From: Chiloscyllium plagiosum
Lineage: Eukaryota
Assembly (NCBI RefSeq): GCF_004010195.1
Contig: NW_025214541.1
Coordinates: 13,189-45,731 of the forward strand
Direction of reading: 5' to 3'
DNA: 32,543 bases
Below the pieces are notes generated by a model. It saw nothing but the letters and a program-made list of their open reading frames with translations. It had not been told where the DNA came from and did no database searches. The position numbers and the translations under genes are program-made. The number at the start of each line of letters is the position of its first letter. Position 1 is the first letter of the stretch. This document shows positions 23,116 through 32,543 of this stretch, piece after piece.

Positions 23116-24430
23116 CAGATCTCCCTGACAACTACTTCTCCTCTGCTTCTCCTGAGGATGGTCTCAAAATGACTGACATCCTGATTCGTGGATTTGTGGC
23201 ATCAGATTATTTTACAAAGGAATACACTGCCAGGCATGACATACAGAGATCAGTCTGGATATTGAAATCACAGAACTTTTCATGTACTAACCACGCACTG
23301 ATTATATGTCAAGTCACTGAAAGATTGAGTGGTTTGATTGTGTTTACCAGTAATTTATGTTCCTAAACTTGTGATTCATGAACAAATTCATGATTTTCTC
23401 AGAACAACATTTGTTATAAATACATTTCTTTGGACTGAGGCGAGTATTTCTGACATTTATTAATAAGGACAAGATAGCAAAGGCTCAGAGGAGGTCCTAT
23501 CTCCACAGCACACATCCCAAGCTCCCAATTAAACTGATTCATTCAAATCCTTTTCACAACAAATGGTTCTATTCTTCCTGCACTCTGCTTTTGATCACCA
23601 CTGCCTGTTAATTTGTGCACTTGCCAAAATTTAAAGAATGTGATTTTATTTTGCCCGTGTGCAGCCACACACAAAAGGAATCGTGTCATATTTGTAGATC
23701 CCATTTTCTCAATCATTTCGGGAGCGAGTTACAATGTGTGGGAATCTGTACAGTAATTCTGTTACCAGTTGAGAAGGCCCTTCCAACTCAAAAGGTTCCA
23801 CCTGTCTTATGTTGTACAATGAACACTGGCTTCCCTCTGGAGTAACTGGAATTTACTAGCTTGTGAGTTTTCTGAGCTCAATGTTAATGATTCCTTTCTG
23901 GAAGTCACTGTTCACTAACTGAGAGAAAAGACATAAAATCAAATCGCAGAAACCATAGCAGGTCATCACAGATGGGTGCGTTTGAAAGGGGTGAAGGAGG
24001 AGTGAGATACGGCGTAGGGTGTGGGAGAGAGCAGTGGAAGATAATGGGAGCTGTACACGGAAACAGGAGAGGGTGAGGGGGTCAGTGCAGTGTGGTGGGT
24101 AAAGTGCAAAAGGAGGTTTGGGATATTGGGTGTGGGGCAGAGTGGGAGAGAGGTACAGGATAAGGTGACAGTTCATATTGCATTGATCTGTGGTTCCCAA
24201 TCTGATGGTGTCACAGCCCTTCAGATGAGCTTTTCACAAAAGGAGCAAATGTAGTCTGCACAGCTGCTGAGAGTCCTCTGAGTAATTGTGCCTGTTAAAC
24301 TGTATCTGATAATCTCATGCAATCAACTATGAAAGGCATGTGCCTCTTCTGTTTAGACTCATAAGTAGTCCAACCTCTGTCACTGGTAATTAGGAGGTGG
24401 AGGGGCTGATGTTGAAGTGGGGTAGACAGG

Positions 24431-24594
24431 GTCAGAGGTCACACAACACCAGATTATAGTCCAACAGGTTTATTTGAAATCACATGCTTTCAGAGCATTG
24501 CTCCTTCGTCAGGTGACAAACAGACAACGCCCCAAAAGCTTGTCACTTAAAATAAACATGTTGGACTATAACCTGGTATTGTGCGACTTCTGAC
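24431..24594. mobile_element. Palindromic Penelope-type mini-element, second family
   Basis: GTCAGAGGTCACACAACACCAGATTATAGTCCAACAGGTTTATTT ... AAATAAACATGTTGGACTATAACCTGGTATTGTGCGACTTCTGAC. The minus strand carries CTGACGA-AGGAGCAATGCTCT-GAAA. Confidence 0.8.
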
Positions 24595-24687
24595 TGATAA
24601 TTAGACAAGCTGTAGACTCAGCACAGAGAAAGGTTTCTCCATGTTTGCATCTGCTGGAATCTATCAGCTTCCATGTTACAAAATGAA

Positions 24688-24752
24688 GACTTCCATTTAG
24701 GTAGCGCCTTTTGCAATCTCATTTCATATCAACCTGCTTCACAGCTAAATGC
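24688..24752 (-). mobile_element. Short fragment resembling a Deu-type SINE (AmnSINE1/SacSINE1-like) 3' tail
   Basis: GACTTCCATTTAGGTAGCGCCTTT..GCTTCACAGCTAAATG resembles the reverse complement of the recalled tail ...AAAGGCGCTATATAAATGCAAGTC. Confidence 0.4.
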
Positions 24753-25490
24753 CTGCTTGTCATCTCATCTCTCGTTCGAATTATGACTGAGATTCCTTCC
24801 TAAAGGAGAAAGTTCCATGCTTCCTGTAGGGTAATTTGAATCAAATTGAAGTTTAGCTGCCATTATACAGTCCAGCAGTGGCCCCAGGTCTGTGCTGTTA
24901 GATTTGAGACTCAGGGAAAAGAATTTGTAAAGCACACATCAACAAGATGGAAAGGATATTTCACTAACTGTAAATGTGAAAGAATAAATAATGCACTGCA
25001 GGCTTCCTGAATTTTCACATCCTGGCAGCTTTTATGCTGCTCCTTAATTCATTTTTATGTAAGTGTGGTAGAAATGTCGTTCCCACTATTCTGTCTTCAT
25101 CTTCCCTCAGCTCCATCTGTGCTAGCTCTTTTCATCTGTTCCTATACGGATTTTCCGTGCTGTTAATAATTCATGAGTTCCCTTCACATCCCAGGTTGAG
25201 TCCAATTAATAATTTACTTTAGTTGTCATGCAGTTAGACTTGTGCTGTATCTTTCGTTCGTGCCTGTCCCTCCTTGTTCTAACTCCAGTCTTTCACTCCC
25301 CACCTCCCAATCTGGTTCACTTTCAACATTTCTCTCTTTTCTTCCTCCTACTTTCAGTTCCCTGACACTTCCCTCGTTTATCAGAGAGAGAGGCTGAAAG
25401 TAACGAAATAACGCTGATCTCAGTCCCTGGGTTGAGCTCTGCTATTTTCACACAGTCTCTTCCTCTCTGTTTCTCCATTATTATTCTTAC

Positions 25491-25635
25491 TTTTATTTAT
25501 TCAGTCATGGGACGTGAGCATTCCAGGTAAGGTTGACATTTACAGCCCACCCCTTGATTGCCTTTTGAGAACCACGTCTTGAACCAGTCTATGTGCTGAA
25601 GGTCTGTCCACAATGCAGTTAGTCAGGAACATTCT
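25491..25635 (-). mobile_element. 3' end of an old CR1/L2-group LINE (tail shared with the SINE at 28241-28297)
   Basis: Reverse complement: ..ACTAACTGCATTGTGG..GGTTCAAGA..GGCAATCAAGGGTGGGCTGTAAATG..CACGTCCCATGACTGAATAAATAAA. Confidence 0.65.
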
Positions 25636-25832
25636 CCTGCACAAAGTCAAACGCACAATCTCCAGGGTAAAAAATAAAAGAATAATAGCCAGCAGGATAA
25701 CTATTTGAGAAGCAATGCAGCCGATATTTGAAGACTAGAAATTAGTGTTGGCTGTTGGAAAGATTGGGAGTTATAGAATGAAGGGGGGGGAAAGGCGTGT
25801 TCAGAAGGTGCAGCAGACATCTCATGTTGCCT

Positions 25833-26143
25833 GAGCACAGTGGCTCAGTGGTTAGCACTGCTGCCTCACAGCACCAGGGGCCAGAGTTCAATTCCAGCCT
25901 TGGGGACTGTCTGTGTGGAGTTTGCACATTCTCCCCGTGTCTGCATGGGTTTCCTCCGGTTTCCTCCCACATTCCAAAGATGTGTAGATTAGATGAACTG
26001 GCCATGCTAAATTGGCAATGTGGGCTAGGTGGATTAGCCATGGAAAATGCAAGATGTTACTGATGGGATGGGTCTGGGTGGGATGCTCTTCAGAGGATCA
26101 GTGTGGACTGAATGGTCTGCTTCCATATTGTAGGGATTCTGTG
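25833..26143 (+). mobile_element. HE1-like V-SINE
   Basis: A-box TGGCTCAGTGG, B-box GTTCAATTCC, V-domain, tail TGTAGGGATTCTGTGA. Confidence 0.9.
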
Positions 26144-26169
26144 AGCAAATGCCGACGAAGAAACTGCAG

Positions 26170-26275
26170 GAGCTTAATAATGGTACTATCGCTGAGAGGC
26201 CGGGAGTGCGGATTCAAATCCCACTGCAGTAGTTCCTGGAATGTGAATTCAATTTATGAGAAAAAACAACTGGAA
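26170..26275 (+). mobile_element. Degraded tRNA-like SINE head (family of 19304-19795)
   Basis: TAATGGTA..GATTCAAATCCCAC..GGAATGTGAATTCAAT, matching the head at 19680-19790(-). Confidence 0.5.
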
Positions 26276-26595
26276 GGTAAAGCTTATCTCTGTATTTTGG
26301 CCCAGCCTTTCATTGAGGGAGAAATGTGAAGAAAACTGGGAGGAACTCACTATGAAGTTGCGTGAGTGGTGAATTCAGTGAGATAATGCTGTTCGGGTGC
26401 ATCTTTAAATAGATTTAAATTAGAAAGTATCTGGAATAGGTGAGTATTTGCACCTTTTCTGCTAATTAAACAACTGCAGTCCACTCGCATAAACCAAATA
26501 AGATATGGACAGTGGAATTTTGAGTGTATGTTTGGAGTGGAAAAACATCCCTAGCATAACTTGTATTCATTAAAGAGGGGAGATAAAGAGCTTAA

Positions 26596-26894
26596 TCATA
26601 GAATCCCCTACAGTGTGGAAACAAGCCATTTGGCCCAATAAATCCACACCAACCCATTGAAGAGTATCCTACTCAGACCCATTCCTCTACATACATATTG
26701 ATGCATCTAACCTACACATGAATGAACACTATGGGGCAATTTAGCATGGCCAATCCACCAAACATTTGGACTGTGGAAGGAAACCCACGCAGAGAAACCA
26801 TGCAAGCTCTACACAGACAGTTGCCCAAGGCTGGAATTGAACCCGGGTTCCTAGTACTGTGAGGTATCAGTACTAACCATTGAGCCACTGTACC
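26596..26894 (-). mobile_element. HE1-like V-SINE
   Basis: The reverse complement has A-box TGGCTCAATGG, B-box GGTTCAATTCC, a partly deleted V-domain and tail GTAGGGGATTCTATGAT. Confidence 0.9.
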
Positions 26895-26895
26895 A

Positions 26896-27748
26896 GTGTA
26901 GGTTGCAGGGGGTCTTGGATAAACTGCAGAATTGGGCTGAGAGCTGGCAAATGGAATTCAATGCAGATAAATGTGAGGTGATTCACTGTGGGAAGAATAA
27001 CAGGAAGGTAGAATACTGGGTCAATGGAAAGCTTCTTGGTAGCATGGATATGCAGAGGGATCTTGGAATCCATGTACATAGATCCCTGAAAGTTGCCACC
27101 CAGGTTGATAGCGCTGTTAAGAAGGCATACGGTGTGTTAGGTTTTATTGGGAGAGGGATTGAGTTCCAGAGCCGTAATGTCATGCTGCAACTATACAAAA
27201 TGCTGGTGCCGCCTCTCTTAGAATATTGTGTACAGTTCTGGTTGCCCCATTACAGGAAGGATGTGGAAACATTGGAAAAGGTGCAGAGGAGATTTGCCTG
27301 GATGCTGCCTGGTCTGGAGGGAAGGTCTTATGAGGAAAGGCTGTGGGACTTTGGTCTGTTCTTATTGGAGAGAAGAAGGCTAAGAGGCGATTTAATAGAG
27401 ACATACAAGATAATCAGAGGATTAGATAGGGTGGACAGTGAGAGTCTTTTTCCTAGGATGATGACGTTGGCTTGTACAAGGGGGCATAGCTGCAAATTGA
27501 GGAGTAATTGATTTAACACAGATGTCAGAGGCAGGTTCTTTACTCAGAGAGTGGTAAGGGTGTGGAATGCTCTGACTGCCAATGTAGTTAACTCAACCAC
27601 ATTAGGGGCATTTAAACAGTCCTTGGATAAGCACATGGATGATGCTGGGATGGTGTAAGGGGATGGGCTTTTAGATTAGTCCACAGGTTGGCGCAACATC
27701 GAGGGCTGAAGGACCTGTTCTGCGCTGTATTGTTCTATGTTCTATATG
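26896..27748 (+). mobile_element. 5'-truncated CR1 LINE (ORF2 C-terminus + 3'UTR)
   Basis: ORF 26903-27511: WQMEFNADKCEVIH..RDLGI..LEYCVQFWLPHYRKD..LEKVQRRF..LERRRLRGDLIETYKI..TRGH; (TTCTATG) tail. Confidence 0.96.
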
Positions 27749-27764
27749 TCAGATGAATATCTAT

Positions 27765-27926
27765 CTGAGGAAATGAGGTGGAAGAGGCGTTCAGATTCTT
27801 GGGGCATTGTGAGCAGTTCGAGGGAAGATGGGACCAGTGCAAACAGGATAGGTTGCATCTGGGCAGGGACTGGGACCAATATTCTCAGTGGACTGTTTGC
27901 TGGTACTGATGGAGAGGGTATTAATA
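27765..27926 (+). mobile_element. CR1 ORF1 esterase (SGNH-like) C-terminal fragment
   Basis: Translates EEAFRFLGHCEQFEGRWDQCKQDRLHLGR/TGTNILSGLFAGTDGEGIN with one frameshift. Matches the CR1 ORF1 DGLHL motif region. Confidence 0.8.
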
Positions 27927-28021
27927 TTCCAACATTAAAGGAAAAAAACTGGCATCCTTAACTGGTCTGACCTCGATGTGATTCTAGATCCACAGCAATG
28001 TGGTTGACTCTTAAAGATTAG

Positions 28022-28230
28022 AAAGTGAGGTCTGCAGATGCTGGAGATCAGAGCTGAAAATGTGTTGCTGGAAAAGCGCAGCAGGTCAGGCAGCATCCAG
28101 GGAACAGGAGAATCGACGTTTCGGGCATAAGCCCTTCCTGAAGAAGGGCTTATGCCCGAAACGTCGATTCTCCTGTTCCCTGGATGCTGCCTGACCTGCT
28201 GCGCTTTTCCAGCAACACATTTTCAGCTCT
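28022..28230 (+). mobile_element. Young palindromic Penelope-type mini-element with 14-bp TSD
   Basis: Perfect 88-bp inverted arms at 28050-28137 and 28143-28230 with a 5-nt loop CTGAA. Direct repeat CTCTTAAAGATTAG at 28008-28021 and 28227-28240. Confidence 0.92.
28136..28167 (+). ncRNA. Minimal type I hammerhead ribozyme motif
   Basis: CTGAAGA (28138-28144), stem II GGGC-TTAT-GCCC, GAAA (28158-28161), palindromic ACGT helix III, GTC cleavage triplet ending at 28165. Helix I is very short. Confidence 0.75.
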
Positions 28231-28313
28231 TAAAGATTAGGGATGGGCAATAAATGCTGGCCTAGCCAGTGGTGTCCTCATCCTGTGAATGAATTTAAAC
28301 TAGTCTAGTTTCT

Positions 28314-29330
28314 TGCATTAGATCCAAAGAGGACTCATATAAAATTGCCAGAAAAAGCAGCAAGACTGAGGATAGGGAATACTTTTGAATTCAATAAAAG
28401 AGAGTAAAAAGATTAATCAAGAGGCGGAAATTTGAGCAATCAACATAGAAACAGACTGTAAAAGCTTCTAGAAATTTGTGAAGAAAAATAGATTAGTGTA
28501 GATAAATCTTACAATAAGAAATGGGGCACAAAGAAATTGCAGAAGAATTAAACATGCATTTTGGTTCTGTTATTAAACAAAAGGGAACAAATAATCTCCC
28601 AGAAATGTTAGGGAACCAAGGTCCACTGAAAGGAATTAAAGAAATTCAGTCTTAGCCAGAAGAAAATGGCGCCAGACAAATTAGTCATACAGTCATACAG
28701 ATATACAGCACGAAAACAGGCCCTGCAGTCCAACTCATCCATGCCGACCAGATATCCTAAATTAATCTAGTTCCATTTGCCAGCACTTGGCCCATATCCC
28801 TGTAAACCTTTCCTATTCATGTACCCATCCAGATGTCTTTTAGATGCTGTAATTGTACCAGCCTCCTCCACTTCCTCTGGCAGCTTATCCCATACATGCA
28901 TTACCCTTTGCATGAAAAAGTTACCCCTTAGGTCCCTTTTAATTCTTTCCACTCTCATCTTAAACCTCTGCCCCCTAGTCTGGACTCCCCCAAATCAGGG
29001 AAAAGATCTTACCTATTCACCCTATCCATGTCCCTCATGATTTTATAAACCTCTATAAGGTCTCCCCTCAGCCTCCGATGCTCCAGGGAAAACAGTTAAC
29101 AGGGTTAAAGGCTAACAAGTCCCCAGGGACTGGTAGCCTGCAAGGAGGGAGAGAAACAATTGAGAATTACAGATCACTTAGCCTGACATCAGTAAAGTGA
29201 AAATGCTAAACTCTATTATGAAACGCATGATAACAGAGCACTTGGAAAACATTAATGGGATTAGACAAATTCAGCATGGGTTTATGAAAGGGAAATCATG
29301 CTTAACAAATCTTCTACTGTTTTTTTAAAG
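28314..29330 (+). mobile_element. Old CR1 ORF2 fragment (tether/RT N-terminus), interrupted at 28682-29094
   Basis: Decayed motifs NIETDCKSF, GLKANKSPG, NYRSLSLTS, QHGFMKGKSCLTNLL. Confidence 0.85.
28682..29094 (-). mobile_element. CR1 LINE 3' end nested in the older CR1
   Basis: ORF 28767-28958(-): KRDLRGNFFMQRVMHVWDKLPEEVEEAGTITASKRHLDGYMNRKGL; (TATGACTG) tail. Same family as 31004-31262. Confidence 0.93.
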
Positions 29331-29337
29331 CTGCAGC

Positions 29338-29627
29338 TAGAATCATTGAATCCCTACAGTATGGAACCAGGTCATTCAGCCCATTGAGTCCACACCAATC
29401 CTTTGTGAGCACCCTGCCCAGACCCAACCCCCTACTCTATCCTATCCCTGCATTTCCCATGGCCAATCTAGTTAATCTGCATATCTTTGGACAGTAGGAG
29501 CAAACCCACACAGACACATGGAGAATGTGTAAACTCCACACAGACATTCACCAGAGGGTGAAATTGAACCTAGGATTTCTGAAACTGTGAGGTAAGTAGT
29601 GTTAACCACTGAACCACCATACCGCCC
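29338..29627 (-). mobile_element. HE1-like V-SINE
   Basis: The reverse complement starts GGGCGGTATGGTGGTTCAGTGG, then B-box GGTTCAATTTC, V-domain and tail GTAGGGATTCAATGATTCTA. Confidence 0.88.
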
Positions 29628-29772
29628 TAAGTCTTGTATTGTATTTGAAAAGTCTGTATGGAAACCATTGAGGTCAATTTTGGGGGCCATTGAGTATTTT
29701 AATTTTACTGTATTATAAGATTAATGTGAGACTGATTTGATTTGGCTATTTATCTCCATACCATAGCAAGTT

Positions 29773-29843
29773 GCATTGGTGGCTCAGTGGTAGAATTCCT
29801 ACCTGCCATGCGGGAGGCCTGGGTTTGATTCCTGGCCAATGCA
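29773..29843 (+). tRNA. tRNA-Gly(GCC), probably a pseudogene
   Basis: GCATTGGTGGCTCAGTGGTAGAATTCCTACCT-GCC-ATGCGGGAGGCCTGGGTTTGATTCCTGGCCAATGCA. The acceptor stem is intact. The T-loop has TTC>TTT, and the D and anticodon stems have mismatches, mostly CpG-type transitions relative to vertebrate tRNA-Gly(GCC). Confidence 0.92.
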
Positions 29844-29865
29844 TTATAGCCTGCACTAGTGCTGT

Positions 29866-29939
29866 GGCACCATGGCTTAGATGGCTAAAATGCCTGCCTC
29901 GTAAACAGGAGATCCTGAGTTCAAATCCTAGTGGTACCT
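29866..29939 (+). tRNA. tRNA-Thr(CGT), probably a pseudogene
   Basis: GGCACCATGGCTTAGATGGCTAAAATGCCTGCCT-CGT-AAACAGGAGATCCTGAGTTCAAATCCTAGTGGTACCT. Collinear with vertebrate tRNA-Thr, with several stem-disrupting transitions. Confidence 0.9.
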
Positions 29940-29974
29940 GCTTGCTACATCAAAAGTTTGCTGTTTCATCTTTT

Positions 29975-31262
29975 GATAGTCACAGGTGAGGTGCCGGAAG
30001 TCTGGAGGTTGGCTAACACAGTGCCACTGTTTAAGAAGAATGGTAAGGACAAGCCAGGGAATTATAGACCAGTGAGCCTGACGTCGGTGGTGGGCAAGTT
30101 GTTGAAGGGAATCCTGAGGAACGGGATGTACATGTATTTGGAAAGGCAAGGACTGATTCGGGATAGTCCACATGGCTTTGTGCATGGGAAATCATGTCTC
30201 ACAAACTTGATTGAGTTTTTTGAAGAAGTAACAAAGAGGATTCATGAGGGCAGAGCAGTAGATGTGATCTATATGGACTTCAGTAAGGCGTTCGACAAGG
30301 TTCCCCATGGGAGACTGATTAGCAAGGTTAGATCGCATGGAATACAGGGAGAACTAGCCATTTGGATTCAAGATAGAAGACAAAGGGTGGTGTTAGAGGG
30401 TTGTTTTTCAGACTGGAGGCCTGTGACCAGTGGAGTGCCACAAGGATCGGTGCTGGGTCCACTACTTATCATCATTTATATAAATGATTTGGATACGAGC
30501 ATAAGAGGTACAGTGAGTAAGTTTGCAGATGACACCAAAATTGGAGGTATAGTGGACAGCGAAGAAGGTTACCTCAGATTACAACAGGATCTNNNNNNNN
30601 NNNNNNNNNNNNNNNNNNNNNNNNNNNNNNNNNNNNNNNNNNNNNNNNNNNNNNNNNNNNNNNNNNNNNNNNNNNNNNNNNNNNNNNNNNNNNNNNNNNN
30701 NNNNNNNNNNNNNNNNNNNNNNNNNNNNNNNNNNNNNNNNNNNNNNNNNNNNNNNNNNNNNNNNNNNNNNNNNNNNNNNNNNNNNNNNNNNNNNNNNNNN
30801 NNNNNNNNNNNNNNNNNNNNNNNNNNNNNNNNNNNNNNNNNNNNNNNNNNNNNNNNNNNNNNNNNNNNNNNNNNNNNNNNNNNNNNNNNNNNNNNNNNNN
30901 NNNNNNNNNNNNNNNNNNNNNNNNNNNNNNNNNNNNNNNNNNNNNNNNNNNNNNNNNNNNNNNNNNNNNNNNNNNNNNNNNNNNNNNNNNNNNNNNNNNN
31001 NNNAAAGAGACCTAAGGGGCAACTTTTTCACACAGAGGGTGGTACGGGTATGGAATGAGCTGCCAGAGGAAGTGGTGGAGGCTGGTACAATTGCAACATT
31101 TAAGAGGCATATGGATGGGTATATGAATAGGAAGGGTTTGGAGGGATATGGGCCGGGTGCTGGCAGGTGGGACTAGATTGGGTTGGGATATCTGGTCGGC
31201 ATGGATGGGTTGGACTGAAGGGTCTGTTTCCATGCTGTACGTCTCTATGGCTCAATGACTCT
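29975..31262 (+). mobile_element. 5'-truncated CR1 LINE with reverse transcriptase domain (gap 30593-31003)
   Basis: GNYRPVSLTS, HGFVHGKSCLTNL, DFSKAFDKVPH, GVPQGSVLGPLL, KFADDTK; the 3'UTR and tail follow the gap. Confidence 0.97.
30593..31003. other. Assembly gap (N run)
   Basis: Run of n characters. Confidence 1.
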
Positions 31263-32139
31263 CAGACCTACAATTCCAAAGTGATCCTCAGTGTCAACGG
31301 ACTGGCTAAAAAGAGGAGGTTCAGCTATACTAAGTCTTGCTGGAGAAGCAATTCTTGCTAAGCACCCCTACAGACTTGTTCAAGATCATGCAGGTTTCAA
31401 AATGTTTTGTCTACAAAGCTGCTGAAAGTGAAAGTTGACAACACAAATGAGAACATCTAAATGACAGGACAAACAGTCCATCTCTGAAATGATTGAGGCT
31501 CAGGGATGGAAGGATGAACAGGGAAAAAAAACTGTGGAGGAAACTGGATGGATTAGAATCTAAAAATGTGAAATAAAGAGAGGGAAAGAAAGCATAAAGA
31601 GTACTCAAAAGACATAAAAAGATAATGTTATTAAAATCTGCAACAATTCAGAATTATATCTTTGTTTTCTGGGTCAGAGGGGCTGCTTGAAAGTCATTAA
31701 CAATTATCACATTATTAAAACAGTAACTTATGGTGTTACTTACTTGACTCAACTCTCTGTGGCAAGGTTTAATAGCTAATTCATATGCAAATCTGTTATG
31801 TTCATGGGAGTCACAGGGAGGTTAAGAATGAGAGGCTATTTCTGCAGGGAGAGCAGCTGAGTACTGCAAATTCACTGGTTACTCGTGACAAATCACAACA
31901 CGTGGAGTATCTCTCCTCACGATAAGTTGCTGATTGATTTCTACTTTGATAATGATCAGCTCATTCAGGTATCATTAGTTTCTCAAACGAATCTGACCTA
32001 ACGTCACTATGTTTCCTGGGTATTAAGCAAACCTCTGTATTCAGGCTAATAATATCTGCTTCCCCTTCTATTGTTGCCCATCCTTCCTTCCAAGAGACTT
32101 TCTAGGGGTTAGATTCAGATGAGAGAGTCCTCTTGAAGC

Positions 32140-32228
32140 CAAAAGAAAAATACTGGGAATGGGGAAAATCTGAAATAAAAATGAACAGCGCTGGAAACAT
32201 ATCACAACTCTGGCGCCAACTGTGAGGA
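32140..32228 (+). mobile_element. Decayed leader/left arm of a Penelope-type mini-element
   Basis: AAATACTGGGAATGGGGAAAATCTGAAATAAAAATGAACAGCGCTGGAAACATATCAC..TCTGGCGCCAACTGTG is loosely similar to the leaders at 22844 and 28022. Confidence 0.45.
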
Positions 32229-32271
32229 ATGGAGTTTGTGTGTAATTTGTGGTGGGACTGTCGATGGGTGA

Positions 32272-32543
32272 AGGTCAGTGATGGTAGGAATTGATGTTTG
32301 TGGATGTGATGCCACTCAATCAGGGTCCCGCTGGATGGTGTCAAGTTTCTTGAGTGTTGTTGGCGCTGCACCCATCCAGGTAATCCTCAGCATGAAGATG
32401 GGACTCTGTCTCCGCAAGAACAGTGTGGTGGTCATTCCTCACCCCTCATGGACATCTGCATCTATCACAAACAGATTGGTGAGGATGAGGTCAAGTGTGT
32501 TTTTTTTCCCTTTTGGTGGTTCCCTCACCTGCTGTCGCTGACC
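32272..32543 (-). mobile_element. Internally deleted old CR1/L2-group LINE: endonuclease C-terminus fused to ORF2 C-terminus
   Basis: The minus strand reads GQRQQVREPPKGK/LDLILTNLFVIDADVH (APE 'T..LD.I' region). Within ~100 bp it then reads WMGAAPTTLKKLDTIQ (post-RT region), with the junction near 32380. Confidence 0.75.

Larger units (their letters stand above)
27931..28297 (+). mobile_element. SINE-like body + LINE-type tail, interrupted by the palindromic element
   Basis: CATCCTTAACTGGTCTGACC..CCACAGCAATGTGGTTGACTCTTAA | TTAGGGATGGGCAATAAATGCTGGCCTAGCCAG..TGAATGAAT. Confidence 0.8.

Noticed and set aside
22975..23172. Signal-peptide-like ORF MPKMSILLLLGCCLTCCAYPAP
   Set aside because: It lies in the right arm of the palindromic element and the CR1 3'UTR.
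23119..23240. Possible exon DLPDNYFSSASPEDGLKMTDILIRGF
   Set aside because: The acceptor overlaps a CR1 tail, there is no convincing GT donor, and I recognise no homolog.
25833..25905. SINE heads as tRNA genes (also ~26820-26894 and ~29555-29627)
   Set aside because: They have A/B boxes but no complete cloverleaf and run directly into V-SINE bodies.
29773..30100. tRNA-LINE template-switch chimera (the CR1 starts right at the T4 run after tRNA-Thr)
   Set aside because: The tRNAs have lost most CpGs while the CR1 keeps CpGs and an open frame. Different ages, with a later insertion, is the simpler explanation.

Overview
This is eukaryotic DNA dominated by repeats. The HE1/V-type SINEs, CR1-type LINEs and palindromic Penelope-type elements point to a cartilaginous fish, probably a shark (inference). 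Positions 1-19303 are a 36-bp satellite array (consensus CACTGGGACATCTCTGTAGGTGATCAGTTATCTCAG) with higher-order duplications. It is interrupted by a ~1-kb chimeric insertion, a SINE and two assembly gaps. Positions 19304-32543 are a mosaic of nested LINE and SINE remnants, a 33-bp minisatellite, three fold-back mini-elements with hammerhead-ribozyme cores, a 26-bp-periodic array of RFX X-box-like motifs, and a decayed tRNA-Gly/tRNA-Thr pair 22 bp apart. No intact host protein-coding gene can be supported. The most interesting observations are: (1) a LINE whose 5' end is a tRNA-like SINE head joined directly to the ORF2 endonuclease, with SINE-like deletion derivatives nearby; (2) TSD-flanked palindromic hammerhead mini-elements; (3) the phased X-box array; (4) the tRNA dimer without an intervening terminator; (5) the chimeric insertion and fold-back mutations in the satellite. 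Family names come from recalled consensus sequences, not database searches.
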